Shown: piece after piece, positions 1 through 9,822 of the stretch
Layout: each line of letters opens with the position of its first letter
Position numbering within the stretch: position 1 is the stretch's first letter
From: a virus
Taxonomy: Duplodnaviria; Caudoviricetes
Length of the DNA stretch: 32,554 nt
Direction: 5' to 3' (one strand)
Virus record (IMG/VR): IMGVR_UViG_3300037755_000635
Coordinates: 1 to 32,554 of that record
The notes under the pieces: model-generated
Seen by the model: only the letters and a program-made list of their open reading frames with translations
What the model was told of the DNA's origin: nothing
Database searches by the model: none
Translations under genes and position numbers: made by a program

Positions 1-1504
1 TCGCCGAGAATTGCGAGAATTGTGAGGTATTCAACGCGAAATTGGTTTGTGTAGATGCATAAGATGCGGACGAGGTACTAGTCACCCCGCTTGATGGGTA
101 GGTTACACCCACCTGAACTGTGTATTGTGACCCGGCTGTATCGGCAGTTAGCGCGTGTGAAAGTGTGTAACCGGCAGAGGCCGTGAAAAAGCGGCCGAGA
201 CTCTGTGAAGATACCCCACTTAGTTGGGTATATAAACCGAAAACAAAGGTGTTGAAGAGAGCCCCAGAAAATGACGTATCGGCAGTCGAATTAAGTGTCG
301 TCGAGTTGATAGCCACCGATCCGAGAAAGCGGGCAAAGCTAACTGAGATGGGTAAGGGAAGGACAATGGGCTGAATGCCGCTGCTTGAGTTTGCCCACCA
401 AGCATTCCCGTTAAATGTCTGAGCTAATCCTACATTGTCCCAAAAACTAATCGTATTTACCCCACCAGCGTCGCCACTCGCACTCGCCGTCACCGTGCTC
501 CCGTCCAGTCCAAAGCTCACGCCGTTCGCATTCGAAAACACCAACTGCGTCAGGTCATTGCTCGTCGTCCCCGCGCTGACGTTCAAGCTCGCCGCTCCGG
601 GAGCATTGGCGCTCAACGACAAATTCAACCCCGCCGAATTCTGCGTGATCGACCCCGAGATATTAGCCCCGGCGAATGTCGTCCCCGTCCCGGCATACCC
701 GGCCGCGTTCAACGACAAGCCGCTGGAATTCACGGTCCACGTGACGTTCGTCTGCGCGGTGTTGAGCCCGATCCCGTCGGTGCTCCCACGCGCCGTCGTG
801 AGGTAGTTCGGCACGCCCATCGACAGGCCGTTTGTGTCAAGCGTGCCTATGATCGCCGTGCCTGCCGTGGTCGCAGTTGTAAATCCTGTGCCTGCGTAGC
901 CGGCGGCGTTGAGGCTCAGGCCCGAGGAGTTCACCGTCCAAGTCACGTTGGTCTGGGCGGTGTTCAATCCGATCGCATCGTTCGACGCGCGGGCGTTGAC
1001 CGTGGCCGTGACCGTGCTGCCGTTGGTTCCAAAGGAGATATTGTTGCTGTTCGAGAAGACGAAGGCAGTTTGCGTCGTGAGATAATTCGTCTCGACGCTT
1101 GCCGTGATCGTCGATCCGTCTAAGCCGAACGACACGCCGTTCGCATTGGAGAATTCGACCAGATCGAGCGCGTCGGATTGCGTCCCGGCGGAGAAGCTGA
1201 TCGAACCGCCTGCGCCTCCGCCGGCCGCGCGGATCGAGAGTGTCGCGGCACCGTCGGTGCCTTGCGAAGCCGAGAGCGTGACGTTGGCGCCGCCCGCGAG
1301 CCAGATGTTCGAGCCGGAGATGCTGGAGATGCCGGCGGTGTTGCCGAGGAGGCCCTGCGCCATGACGTGGGCGCTGTTCCAATCCGTCGGGTTGACGACG
1401 TCCGACGCCGCAACCGTGGACGTGTGCGGGAACGCGCCCACGGTGAGCACCCCGGTCGCATCGGCGATCGGGCTCGTGAATTCATGATAGATCACGCCGG
1501 GCAT
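1..1504 (-). CDS. Tail fibre / receptor-binding-like virion protein, partial (runs off left edge); paralogue of 1898-3307
   Basis: Not in the ORF track because it has no stop in the window. Manual translation from ATG 1504 gives MPGVIYHEFTSPIADATGVLTVGAFPHTSTVAASDVVNPTDWNSAH..., FSNxNxVSFGLDGSTITAS repeats, then ...NTISFWDNVG...IQPIVLPLPISVSFAR...YASTQTNFALNTSQFSQFSA. It is collinear with the 469-aa protein. Confidence 0.85.
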   Translation of the reverse strand, partial: MPGVIYHEFTSPIADATGVLTVGAFPHTSTVAASDVVNPTDWNSAHVMAQGLLGNTAGISSISGSNIWLAGGANVTLSASQGTDGAATLSIRAAGGGAGGSISFSAGTQSDALDLVEFSNANGVSFGLDGSTITASVETNYLTTQTAFVFSNSNNISFGTNGSTVTATVNARASNDAIGLNTAQTNVTWTVNSSGLSLNAAGYAGTGFTTATTAGTAIIGTLDTNGLSMGVPNYLTTARGSTDGIGLNTAQTNVTWTVNSSGLSLNAAGYAGTGTTFAGANISGSITQNSAGLNLSLSANAPGAASLNVSAGTTSNDLTQLVFSNANGVSFGLDGSTVTASASGDAGGVNTISFWDNVGLAQTFNGNAWWANSSSGIQPIVLPLPISVSFARFLGSVAINSTTLNSTADTSFSGALFNTFVFGLYTQLSGVSSQSLGRFFTASAGYTLSHALTADTAGSQYTVQVGVTYPSSGVTSTSSASYASTQTNFALNTSQFSQFSA

Positions 1505-1507
1505 CGA

Positions 1508-1882
1508 TCAGGCCGCCAGCAATTCATCGAGCGTCGGTACTTCCCCGGGTGGTTTTCTCCTCACCAACTTCTCCAATCGCTTGCCCGAGCGCTCCCGCTG
1601 CCGGAACAACTCCAACAGCACCACGTCCTGCTTGCGACGCAGCCGGGCCGCGGCGTCCTCGCGTGCTTTTCTCGATCGCTCCGTCGCCGCGGCGCGCTGG
1701 GCCCGCAGCCGGTCCAATTTCCCCGCCTCGCGCGCGGCGCGTTCCTTGTCGCGCTCCCATTGCCAGCGCAGCCATTGCTCGTAGCGCGGATCGCGCCCGC
1801 CGCGGAGGAGCCGTCCGTTGGGGTCTTCCTGAAACGTCCCGTAGATGTAGCCCGAGGGCTGAAAGGCCGTGAAAATCGTCAT
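1508..1882 (-). CDS. Hypothetical basic, helical protein between the two fibre paralogues
   Basis: 124-aa ORF that fills the gap exactly (stop 3 nt before the next ATG); Arg/Glu-rich predicted helix. Confidence 0.65.
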   Translation of the reverse strand: MTIFTAFQPSGYIYGTFQEDPNGRLLRGGRDPRYEQWLRWQWERDKERAAREAGKLDRLRAQRAAATERSRKAREDAAARLRRKQDVVLLELFRQRERSGKRLEKLVRRKPPGEVPTLDELLAA

Positions 1883-1897
1883 GGGGGTGTTCCCGGC

Positions 1898-3307
1898 TTA
1901 AGAGGGCTTCCAGAATGCCAGCCCCGGCGCCAAATGGGAAGAAATCGTCGAGATGGCGCTGTAGGCGCGGCTGTTGGGCAGCGCGCCGGCCGCGCCGAGG
2001 ATTTGCCCTTGGCCGAAACGGATGAAGTCTGACGACGCCGTGCCAGCGCCCATGTCGGCCATCCCGGCGTTTGAATTGATGATCCCGACGGCCGAGGCTT
2101 GAATGCGCCAATCGGTGATGTTTGCCGTGCCTGTCGTGCCCGCGCTGCTAAATCCTCCGACCGCGATCCAATAGTTCGACGCGGCGAGCGAAGTCGCGAA
2201 TGGAATGTCCAGGTGACGAAAGCCCGCGAAATCCGAAAACTGCGTCGTATAGAGATCGATGCGCGTCAGATTTGTGGCGTAGGAATGCGTGAACGAAGAC
2301 GTCGCGCCGAGCACGGGATAGGTGATGGTTTGGTTGACCGTGTATTGCGACCCGACGACCCCGGCCGTGACTTGCGCGGAGAATTGCGACGTGACGCTCG
2401 ACGAAGCAAGCAGGGAAAGCCGCGTGGCGTTGTTCTGCGTGTAGACGCCGATGTGAATTCCGGCGCTGAAATTCTGCGCGTAGCTGGTGTTGGCGGCTGT
2501 CGTGAAGGACGTGGAGGTGAGCCCGACCGTAACGGGAATGCGGACGTAGGAAATGGAAAGCGCCGCCGGGATGACGGCGGGCTGGATATAGGCCGCGACC
2601 GCCGCGGCGCCGTAGAGAGACGCCGGAGCGGTGTTCGTCAGCGCGGCGATGTTGTCCCAATAGGAGATCGTATTGGCAGCCGCCGCGGCGACCGAGGCTG
2701 TGATCGTGCTGCCGTCGAGGCCGAAAGACACGCCGTTGCCGTTGGCGAAGGTCATTGCCGAGAGATTGTTCGACGTCGTCCCGGCGCTGATATTGGCCGC
2801 GGTGAGAGATGAGGCGACGGTCACGGTCGCGGTGACTGTCGAGCCGTTCGTACCGAAAGAAACGTTGTTCGAGTTGGAGAACACGAACTCGGTCAGCGTC
2901 GGAGCCGTGTAAGAGCCCGTGATCGTTGAGCCGTCCAGGCCGAAGGAGAAATCATTGGCGTTCGAGAAGACCAACGAGCCCAAGACGGTGGATTGAGTCC
3001 CCGCCGAGATGCTGATCTGATCGACCGTATCGGCGCCCGCGCTGATCGAGATCGTGGCGATCGAGGCGCCTTGATCCGCGGAGAGCGTGACGTTGTTCCC
3101 ACCGGCCAGGACAATGTTGGTGCCGCTGAGCGTCGACACTCCGGCCGTGTTCCCGGCGAGGGTGATGAATTGGTCATGCCCCGAGACCCAATCCGAGGGC
3201 CGCACGAGGTCCGTGGCGGCGATCGTCGAGGTGTTGGGGAACGGGCCGACCGTGACAGTGCCGGTCAGGTCGGGGGTCGTGATCGATTTGGCGTGGATGA
3301 TGCTCAT
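1898..3307 (-). CDS. Tail fibre / receptor-binding-like virion protein
   Basis: 469 aa, Thr/Ser/Gly/Ala-rich, three FxNxNxxSFG(L/T)xGST(I/V)T repeats and a beta-rich C-terminal domain; ATGA-coupled to the upstream gene at the end of the virion module. Confidence 0.75.
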   Translation of the reverse strand: MSIIHAKSITTPDLTGTVTVGPFPNTSTIAATDLVRPSDWVSGHDQFITLAGNTAGVSTLSGTNIVLAGGNNVTLSADQGASIATISISAGADTVDQISISAGTQSTVLGSLVFSNANDFSFGLDGSTITGSYTAPTLTEFVFSNSNNVSFGTNGSTVTATVTVASSLTAANISAGTTSNNLSAMTFANGNGVSFGLDGSTITASVAAAAANTISYWDNIAALTNTAPASLYGAAAVAAYIQPAVIPAALSISYVRIPVTVGLTSTSFTTAANTSYAQNFSAGIHIGVYTQNNATRLSLLASSSVTSQFSAQVTAGVVGSQYTVNQTITYPVLGATSSFTHSYATNLTRIDLYTTQFSDFAGFRHLDIPFATSLAASNYWIAVGGFSSAGTTGTANITDWRIQASAVGIINSNAGMADMGAGTASSDFIRFGQGQILGAAGALPNSRAYSAISTISSHLAPGLAFWKPS

Positions 3308-6159
3308 GCTTGGGCGATCTCCACGAGGAATTGGCCATTGGGCTTGGGGGTGATGAGAAAGCGGCGATTGGCTTGGGCGGTGCGGCTATTTGTCGCAGCG
3401 TCACTGCGGCGTTCTGTCGCAGGCACCGGGATCGCGCTTGGTTCGGCAGGTTCTTCGACCCGCGGGATGACGATCGCATCGGTCGCGGGTTGCGTCGCCG
3501 GCCGCGTGGCTTGCACGGCCATCCCGGGCGTGGCGCGAAGGATTTCCTCGAACAGCTTGCGGGCATGGCGCGGCACGGCGGTGAGATTGCGCTCCGATGC
3601 GCGGCGCATCGCGGCCTCGGCCACGGCTGGATCGAGGAGCATTTCGCGCAAGGCCGTTTGGGCGTTCGTGTGAACGATGTCGCGCAGGCGCGTCACTCCC
3701 GCACTGGCCGCCAAGCCCGCAATGCCGCCCTCCAGGCTGCCGAAATATCCGCCGGCGCCCGCCCCGGCGGCGTGCACGATCAGGTCGATGAAGCTCTGGT
3801 TTTTCTCCACGGGGATGATCTTGGCCGCGCTGGCTTCTTTTGTGCGGCGCAACGCGGCCTCGATGTCGCGCAGGGTCTTGACCGCGCGCTTGCCGAGGAC
3901 GGTTTCGGTCAGTTCGGGGCGCAGGTTGAGCGCGGCGGCGAGCTTGTCGGGAGAGATGATTTGATCGGTCGCGTCGGTCACGCGGCGCATGAGATCGTCG
4001 GCATAGGCGCGCTTCAAGCCGCGCAGGGCGTCCTTGCCGCCAGGCGTGCCGATGACTTGGCGGAAGAGGGCCTTGGCCGTGCCGACGGGATCAGGCTCGC
4101 GGAGGAGCTTTTGCATGGCACCCTCGGGCGTGACCCCGGCGAGCCGTCCGAGCGGCGAGTCACGAAGGGCCTCGGTCGCGGCCTTGCGCTCGACGACGTC
4201 GATGAAGCGATTGTAGACCCCGCCGCCCATTTCCTTGAGGAGGGGTTCGTATTGCTGGACGTATTGGCGTGCTTTGAACGCAGCCGGGGGCATTTCCGCC
4301 GCGATGTATTCCATGACGAATTGACGCATGTCCGGGGAGGGATCGGCGCGGAGGAGTTGCGCGATGGAGTCGCGGCCTTCAGGGCCTTTCTTCACGAAGG
4401 TCTTGAGCGTCGCGCCGGGTGAAACGAGGTCGCCTCCACGGGAGTCGGTGCCGGTGACGCGGCGCATTTCCTTCGGGATGTCGAAGATGTCGACGCGCTC
4501 CAGGGTTTTCGCGATGGCGGCCTCGTGCGCGGTGCGAATTCGCGGGTCTTCGAAGCGGACGCCCTTTTTCAAATAGTCCGTGACCACATCGTACAAGCCG
4601 CCGTAGATGCGCGCACTGCGTGCGTCAGGGCTGCTGCCGTAGCGCGCGTTGTCGCGGAGTTCGCGGAGAACCGGGCGGAGTTCTTGAATCTCGACGATGC
4701 TTTCTTTCTCGCCGAATTTGCGCAGCGTTTGGGCAATCTCCGGCGGGAGGTAGTCGAGCGGGTCTTTGATCTTGGCCGGGTGATAGGCTTTGGGTTGTTT
4801 GCGCACCCAGTTGATGAGTTGGCGTTTTAGGGGCTGCGTCGGGACGTCGGCGGCTTGGCCGAATTCACGGAATTGATTCCAGAGAATTTTCTCGTCGTTT
4901 TTCACCCGCGTGACTGAAGCGTCGATCAGATCGGCGGCCTTGCGCGTTGCCTCGTCCTGGGTGTGAACGCCCTTGAGCTGGAGGAGACCTTGTTCGGCCG
5001 CGGCGTCCGCCTCCGCAACGGTGCGCTCGGCCAGGGTACGGCCGGATTCGGGGAGACCTTTGCCGCCAAGTTCGTCCATGGCGGTGCGCGCCGCGGCGAT
5101 GTTCTCGGCCTCGCGCGCGGCGAGGGATTCACGGAGTAGCGGGTCGGTTTTGGCGGCCTCGGCCTGGGTGGAGCGCAGGCGCGGTTCGAGTTCGGCGGTC
5201 GTGGGGCGTAGGCCGGGGACGTCGGGGGCGGTGGCCGCGACCGGTTGGCCTCCCGTACGTTCAAGCAATCTCTCCGCAGCCTGGCGCTCCGCCCCGGATT
5301 TGGTCACGGACGGAATGCGCGCGACGGCGCGTTGGGTCGCGGGGACGGCGCGCGCGGCCAACTCAGGCACCATCGCCCCGGCGCCACCCGCGACCAGTTG
5401 CCATGCCGGAGAGTCGGGCGCGACCTCCTCGGCGACGCGGGTCGGGATTGCAGCGGCCATGGAGGGGATGACGGCCGTGGGACCGCCGATCGCGCCGGCC
5501 GCGCCAAATTCGCCCACCCGGCGGGCGAGCTTCTCCTCCGGGGTGAGTTCTTCCTCGGCCTTGCCGAACACGTCGGGAGCGTAGGACTCGACCAACGCGC
5601 GGGTTTGCTCGGCGCTGGGTGGGGCGATGTTGGGGACTTCGAAGCCCAGGGCTTTGCTGACCTCGGCGCGGGCTTGTTGCTCTGCGGTACGGGCTTCGGC
5701 CGCGCTGCCCGACCCGAGGAGGAGATCATTGATGCCGCCGGCCACGGCATTGGGGAGATCGACCGCGAGCATTTGCGGGAGAGTGACCGCGGTGTTGAAC
5801 GCACCCTGGCGGGCTTCTTGTGGGATGCCGCCGATGAGAGTGCCCGCCATCGGGTCGCCGGGCGTGGGCTTGAGTGCGCCGGGGATTTGGCCGATGACGT
5901 TTGCAGTCTCGCGCGCGGTGTCGACCCAGTTCGACGGCGTGAGGAATTGATCGACGAATTCTCCATAGGCGCGCAGGATGCGCTCCGGCGCCCCGGCGAG
6001 GCGCTGCACGATCGTGGGCTTCTGGGCTTGGTAGACGCTCTCCAGACTCAGCCCAGCGTCGTCTTCCAGCGAAGGAGCAGAGGCAGGAGACGTCGGAGGA
6101 GAAGGCGCTGGCGATTTGGTCGCATAGGCTTCTTCGAGCGACAGTCCTTGATCGGCCAT
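3304..6159 (-). CDS. Large internal virion / DNA ejection protein
   Basis: 951 aa, Ala-rich and helical with hydrophobic Gly-rich patches; third of three such genes after the nozzle and GNAT genes, the position of P22 gp16 / T7 gp16. Confidence 0.65.
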   Translation of the reverse strand: MADQGLSLEEAYATKSPAPSPPTSPASAPSLEDDAGLSLESVYQAQKPTIVQRLAGAPERILRAYGEFVDQFLTPSNWVDTARETANVIGQIPGALKPTPGDPMAGTLIGGIPQEARQGAFNTAVTLPQMLAVDLPNAVAGGINDLLLGSGSAAEARTAEQQARAEVSKALGFEVPNIAPPSAEQTRALVESYAPDVFGKAEEELTPEEKLARRVGEFGAAGAIGGPTAVIPSMAAAIPTRVAEEVAPDSPAWQLVAGGAGAMVPELAARAVPATQRAVARIPSVTKSGAERQAAERLLERTGGQPVAATAPDVPGLRPTTAELEPRLRSTQAEAAKTDPLLRESLAAREAENIAAARTAMDELGGKGLPESGRTLAERTVAEADAAAEQGLLQLKGVHTQDEATRKAADLIDASVTRVKNDEKILWNQFREFGQAADVPTQPLKRQLINWVRKQPKAYHPAKIKDPLDYLPPEIAQTLRKFGEKESIVEIQELRPVLRELRDNARYGSSPDARSARIYGGLYDVVTDYLKKGVRFEDPRIRTAHEAAIAKTLERVDIFDIPKEMRRVTGTDSRGGDLVSPGATLKTFVKKGPEGRDSIAQLLRADPSPDMRQFVMEYIAAEMPPAAFKARQYVQQYEPLLKEMGGGVYNRFIDVVERKAATEALRDSPLGRLAGVTPEGAMQKLLREPDPVGTAKALFRQVIGTPGGKDALRGLKRAYADDLMRRVTDATDQIISPDKLAAALNLRPELTETVLGKRAVKTLRDIEAALRRTKEASAAKIIPVEKNQSFIDLIVHAAGAGAGGYFGSLEGGIAGLAASAGVTRLRDIVHTNAQTALREMLLDPAVAEAAMRRASERNLTAVPRHARKLFEEILRATPGMAVQATRPATQPATDAIVIPRVEEPAEPSAIPVPATERRSDAATNSRTAQANRRFLITPKPNGQFLVEIAQA

Positions 6160-8003
6160 TACGGCGCTCCCCGCGGCTTGAGGTAGAATTTTCCCGTTGC
6201 CGCGTCGTAGTAGCGGACCTCGCCGTTGGGGAGCTTATAGGCGCGGCCGTTGACGAGCACAGCCGGGTTTGGCGTCGGCGGGAGGGGGAAGACCTGGGGA
6301 GCGGTGCCAGGCCGCGCAACCCCGCCAAGCGGCGTGGTGGCTTGCGGCGCGGGCTCCATCGCGGCCTCGCCCGAGGCTTTGGGCGGCGGGGCGAGATACT
6401 CGGGGGATTCGAAGCCGATCTGGGCTTTGTTGCCTGCCTTGGTGGGGACGATCTTGGCGGGCTCGACGCCCGGGACGGCGGCGCCGGATTTTTGCGGCTG
6501 GGCCGGGGCGGGTTTCGCGGGCGCGGCCGGCGCGTTGGGGTCTTGGCCCTCGGGCCACTTCCCCGCATCGGCCGGGGAGCCTGGGCGGAATGCAGGCGCG
6601 ACATTCGGCGTGGTAGCCTTCCACATATTGAACAGCAAGCCTTTCACATTGCCGATGTTCGTCCCGATCAGGCCCATCTCGCGCTTGGCTTGATTGATGG
6701 CCGCGCGGATTTGATCCATCGTCATGTTGCGCGAGAACATCTCGCGGATGTGTTCGCGCGAGGAGTCGGTCGTGACGCCGACCTGTTGCAGCGCGCGGCC
6801 GTACTCGAACGAGAACGTGTTGAGCGCGACTTCGAACTCCGCGACGGCCTCGTCGCCGAATTCCTTGCCGATCGCGGTCAAGGCGTTGTTGAGCGTCATG
6901 CTGCCGAAGCGCTCGTATTTGTCGGATGTGCGGAGAACTTCGTCCGCGATGGCTTCGGCGTTGCCTTTGAACATGGCGAATTTCGAAGCGAGGCGGGCGG
7001 TCTCGCGCGAGACGGTTTTGAAGCCTTCGAAGGCCGCGCGCGCGTTGGCGATGTAGACGCCGCGCTCGTTCTCCGGGATGCCCTGTTCTTCCATCAACGT
7101 GCCAAGTGCATCCATCACGGCGCCTTTGTTCGCGCCGGAACGTCCCAAGCCTTGAACGAGCGTCGGGTCGCCCGCGAGAAGCCCTTGCGCGGCAAGGCGG
7201 GCGGAGTCTTTAGAGATCGTTGTGGCCGCGCCTGCGCCCGTGCTGAGATATTTCGCGGTCAACTCGCCGCGTTCCTGCGCGTTGAGCGGACGCTTTAGTT
7301 CGGCTTCCTTTTCGCTCACCGCCATTTGGAAATTCTGCAACCGGATCAAGTCGTCTTGCTTCGTCGTCAAATCCCCCATGAGCTTGTCCATGGCGGCTTG
7401 GTTCTTGAACAACTGGTCGACTTGCTTCGTCGCGGCGAGTTGCGCGGTGACGTCGTCTTTGTAGACGGCCGCGAGGGCCTGGATGTTCTTCAACGCCCCG
7501 TCCACATCGGTGTCGATGCGCTTGAGTTCGTTGGCGTAGTTGGTTTGCTGCCAGGAGAACAGCGTCTTGGCGTTGTCGATGTTCGCTTTCCAGACGTCGA
7601 ATTCCTTTTGCGCAGTCTCGCGGTCTTGAGCCTTCCAAGCGTTCATCACGCCCGCCGCGGCATTGAGCGCGTTGGTGAGCGGCTGGCGCGTCATCATCGA
7701 GCCGAAGATCGCGAGGGTCGAGGCGAGTGAGCCAAAGGCTTCGATCGGATTGCGCGAGGTGGCTTGCGGCGCCGGAGGGATTTCAGCGAGCTTGGGCGGG
7801 ACGAGGCCGCGTGCTTCCTCGCGGCCCTTGGAGATGTCGGCGAGCAGAGGCTCGGTGCGTGTTTTCAGTTCCTCGCGGGATTTCTCCGTGGTCTCCAGCA
7901 ATTTGTCGACGGCCGATTTCGATCCTGCCATGGCGTCGTCGAGCGTGCCGCCGGGAGGTTTGAACGCCGAGGTGAGCGGGGAGGCGAGGGCGGCATCGGC
8001 CAT
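6159..8003 (-). CDS. Internal virion / DNA ejection protein
   Basis: Start moved to ATG 8003 (GAGGA RBS; MADAALASPL...), 614 aa, helical with a Pro-rich C-terminal linker; TAATG coupling to the next gene. Confidence 0.65.
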   Translation of the reverse strand: MADAALASPLTSAFKPPGGTLDDAMAGSKSAVDKLLETTEKSREELKTRTEPLLADISKGREEARGLVPPKLAEIPPAPQATSRNPIEAFGSLASTLAIFGSMMTRQPLTNALNAAAGVMNAWKAQDRETAQKEFDVWKANIDNAKTLFSWQQTNYANELKRIDTDVDGALKNIQALAAVYKDDVTAQLAATKQVDQLFKNQAAMDKLMGDLTTKQDDLIRLQNFQMAVSEKEAELKRPLNAQERGELTAKYLSTGAGAATTISKDSARLAAQGLLAGDPTLVQGLGRSGANKGAVMDALGTLMEEQGIPENERGVYIANARAAFEGFKTVSRETARLASKFAMFKGNAEAIADEVLRTSDKYERFGSMTLNNALTAIGKEFGDEAVAEFEVALNTFSFEYGRALQQVGVTTDSSREHIREMFSRNMTMDQIRAAINQAKREMGLIGTNIGNVKGLLFNMWKATTPNVAPAFRPGSPADAGKWPEGQDPNAPAAPAKPAPAQPQKSGAAVPGVEPAKIVPTKAGNKAQIGFESPEYLAPPPKASGEAAMEPAPQATTPLGGVARPGTAPQVFPLPPTPNPAVLVNGRAYKLPNGEVRYYDAATGKFYLKPRGAP

Positions 8004-8013
8004 GGCGGGTTCC

Positions 8014-9114
8014 TCACGCAGCTTTGGCGAACGGATTGCCGCCTGCCAGCGCCGTGGCAAACGAGCCGATCGCCGAGCCGAGTTGCTGGTCCCGTTCGAG
8101 CGCTTGTTGCATCAACGCCGCGTAGAGCCGCGTGGAGAGCTGGGCTTCGTTGATCCCGGTCTCGATCATGCGCTGGGCGAGTTGGGCGCCTTGGAACGTC
8201 GCGGTTTGGTCGATGTCGGCCAGGGCCGCGACCTCGGACGAGGAACCCGACATGCCTTTTGAGGCGAACATCGAGCGCATCGAGGCTTTGGCGGCTTCGG
8301 AGGCGGAGCGCAGCCCGGATTGGATCGCCGGGGAGAGCTGGCCGGAGCGGAGCTGGGTGGATTGGGCCTGGAGAGATTTGGCCTGCTCGCGCAGAGCCGC
8401 TTCGCCGGGGAGTTCGCCGCCTTGGCCGCCTGCCATGGTGAGCCCGGCCGCGGCGAGCGGGAGGGCGAGGTCTTTGAGGCCGAAGCCTTCCTTGGCTGTG
8501 TCGGCGGCCGTGCCGGCGAGATCGCCCGCCGTGGCTGCGGCGGAACCGGCTCCTCCACCGGCCAGAGCCGTGCCGCTGCCGAGCGCCGCGTCGCCTACGG
8601 AGCCCAGATCGGCGGCCGGAGTGGCAAAGGCCGCGTCGATACCGCTGGACGGGCCGCCGGCCGCGCCGATGCTCCCGAACCCGGCGTCGAACGCGCCGGT
8701 TGCGCTGGGGGTGCCCGCCGCGGCGGCCGGAGCGGCTAGGGCAGCCGCGCCTCCCGTGCCGCCTGCGGTGCCCGCCGCCATAGCTGCGTCGATCCCAGAG
8801 CCTACGCCGGCAGCGGGAAGGATTGAGGTCGGCGCACCGGTCGCGACGGTGCCCACGCCCGTGAGGAGGTCGTCGATCCCGCCGATCAGGGAGCCGCCGA
8901 GTTCACCCAAGCCGGGTCCAGCAAAGCCCCCGGAGAGGCCGCCGAGCGCCGCGCCCATGAGCGGGTCGTCTTCGTTGAGCAAGCCCCCCGCCAAGGCGCC
9001 GCCCAGCGCGCCGCCGACGGTGCTGGTGCCGAGGCCGAGGAGGGTGGGGCCGAGAAGCGCCGGGAGGAGTTCGGCGCCAAGGGCCCCGACGAGCATTGGA
9101 ATGGCTGGCGGCAT
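8014..9114 (-). CDS. Gly/Ala-rich DNA pilot / ejection protein (position of P22 gp7 / T7 gp14)
   Basis: 366 aa; hydrophobic Gly-rich N-terminus and Gln/Ala-rich helical C-terminus. Confidence 0.65.
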   Translation of the reverse strand: MPPAIPMLVGALGAELLPALLGPTLLGLGTSTVGGALGGALAGGLLNEDDPLMGAALGGLSGGFAGPGLGELGGSLIGGIDDLLTGVGTVATGAPTSILPAAGVGSGIDAAMAAGTAGGTGGAAALAAPAAAAGTPSATGAFDAGFGSIGAAGGPSSGIDAAFATPAADLGSVGDAALGSGTALAGGGAGSAAATAGDLAGTAADTAKEGFGLKDLALPLAAAGLTMAGGQGGELPGEAALREQAKSLQAQSTQLRSGQLSPAIQSGLRSASEAAKASMRSMFASKGMSGSSSEVAALADIDQTATFQGAQLAQRMIETGINEAQLSTRLYAALMQQALERDQQLGSAIGSFATALAGGNPFAKAA

Positions 9115-9116
9115 GG

Positions 9117-9539
9117 TTAAATCCTCACGCGATAGAGTTCGTAGCGTTCGAGCCGCGACGGGTCGCGACCCGCGAGGCGGCGTAGGAACGGCTGGAGATC
9201 ATAGACGGTCTCACTGCCGCATTCCAGCGTGGCCGCCCCTAGCGCGCGAGCCCACCGACCCACTGCGCGGAGAACGGCCATAGGCTCCAAGTCACTTCCT
9301 CGGCGTGCAGCGAAGAACAATAGCCAGCCCCGTGGCTGTGTATCCCAGAACATCCGTTGGACCTGAGCAAAAGCGAAAGTACGTCGCCCGAGGAAACAGA
9401 TGGTGCTCGAACTCGCCAAAGCCTCTTCGGCCCAGCGACGGGCAGCGACCCAGTCACGGTCGCCATAAGCCTGGCGCGCGATGTCCATGATCGTTTCGAT
9501 ATCGGCGGGAGTGGCGATGCGGATTTCATGGTTCATCAC
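9117..9539 (-). CDS. GNAT-fold acetyltransferase-like virion assembly protein
   Basis: Starts IRIATPADIETIMDIARQAY and contains WARALGAATLECG, both GNAT-like; sits just before the ejection genes, as in many podoviruses. Confidence 0.6.
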   Translation of the reverse strand: MMNHEIRIATPADIETIMDIARQAYGDRDWVAARRWAEEALASSSTICFLGRRTFAFAQVQRMFWDTQPRGWLLFFAARRGSDLEPMAVLRAVGRWARALGAATLECGSETVYDLQPFLRRLAGRDPSRLERYELYRVRI

Positions 9540-9810
9540 TTTGAATCATCCAGCCGTGCATCGAGAAGTGGAGTTTCATCGACAGTACGGCGACTTCCTC
9601 GTGCCGCGTCATGTTGGCCCGATAGGCCGAGATGCGGCCCCCGCCGTCGTTGGGGAAGTCTTCTTCGTAGACGACGATTATACGCGAGGGCTTGATTTCG
9701 CCGTTGCGGATATCGCGCAGAACGGCGGCAATGCAATCTTCCGGCGTCCAGAGTTTGTTGTCGTCGGCGCGAATCGCCCGCGCTTCGTTTAGGCTAACAG
9801 TGTTTTCCAT
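9526..9810 (-). CDS. Hypothetical protein
   Basis: 94-aa ORF with AGGGA RBS; overlaps the next gene start. Confidence 0.65.
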   Translation of the reverse strand: MENTVSLNEARAIRADDNKLWTPEDCIAAVLRDIRNGEIKPSRIIVVYEEDFPNDGGGRISAYRANMTRHEEVAVLSMKLHFSMHGWMIQSDEP

Positions 9811-9822
9811 AGCATTATGTCC

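Noticed and set aside
1-3307. Diversity-generating retroelement acting on the fibre tips
   Set aside because: No reverse transcriptase and no near-identical TR/VR pair differing only at adenines in the window.
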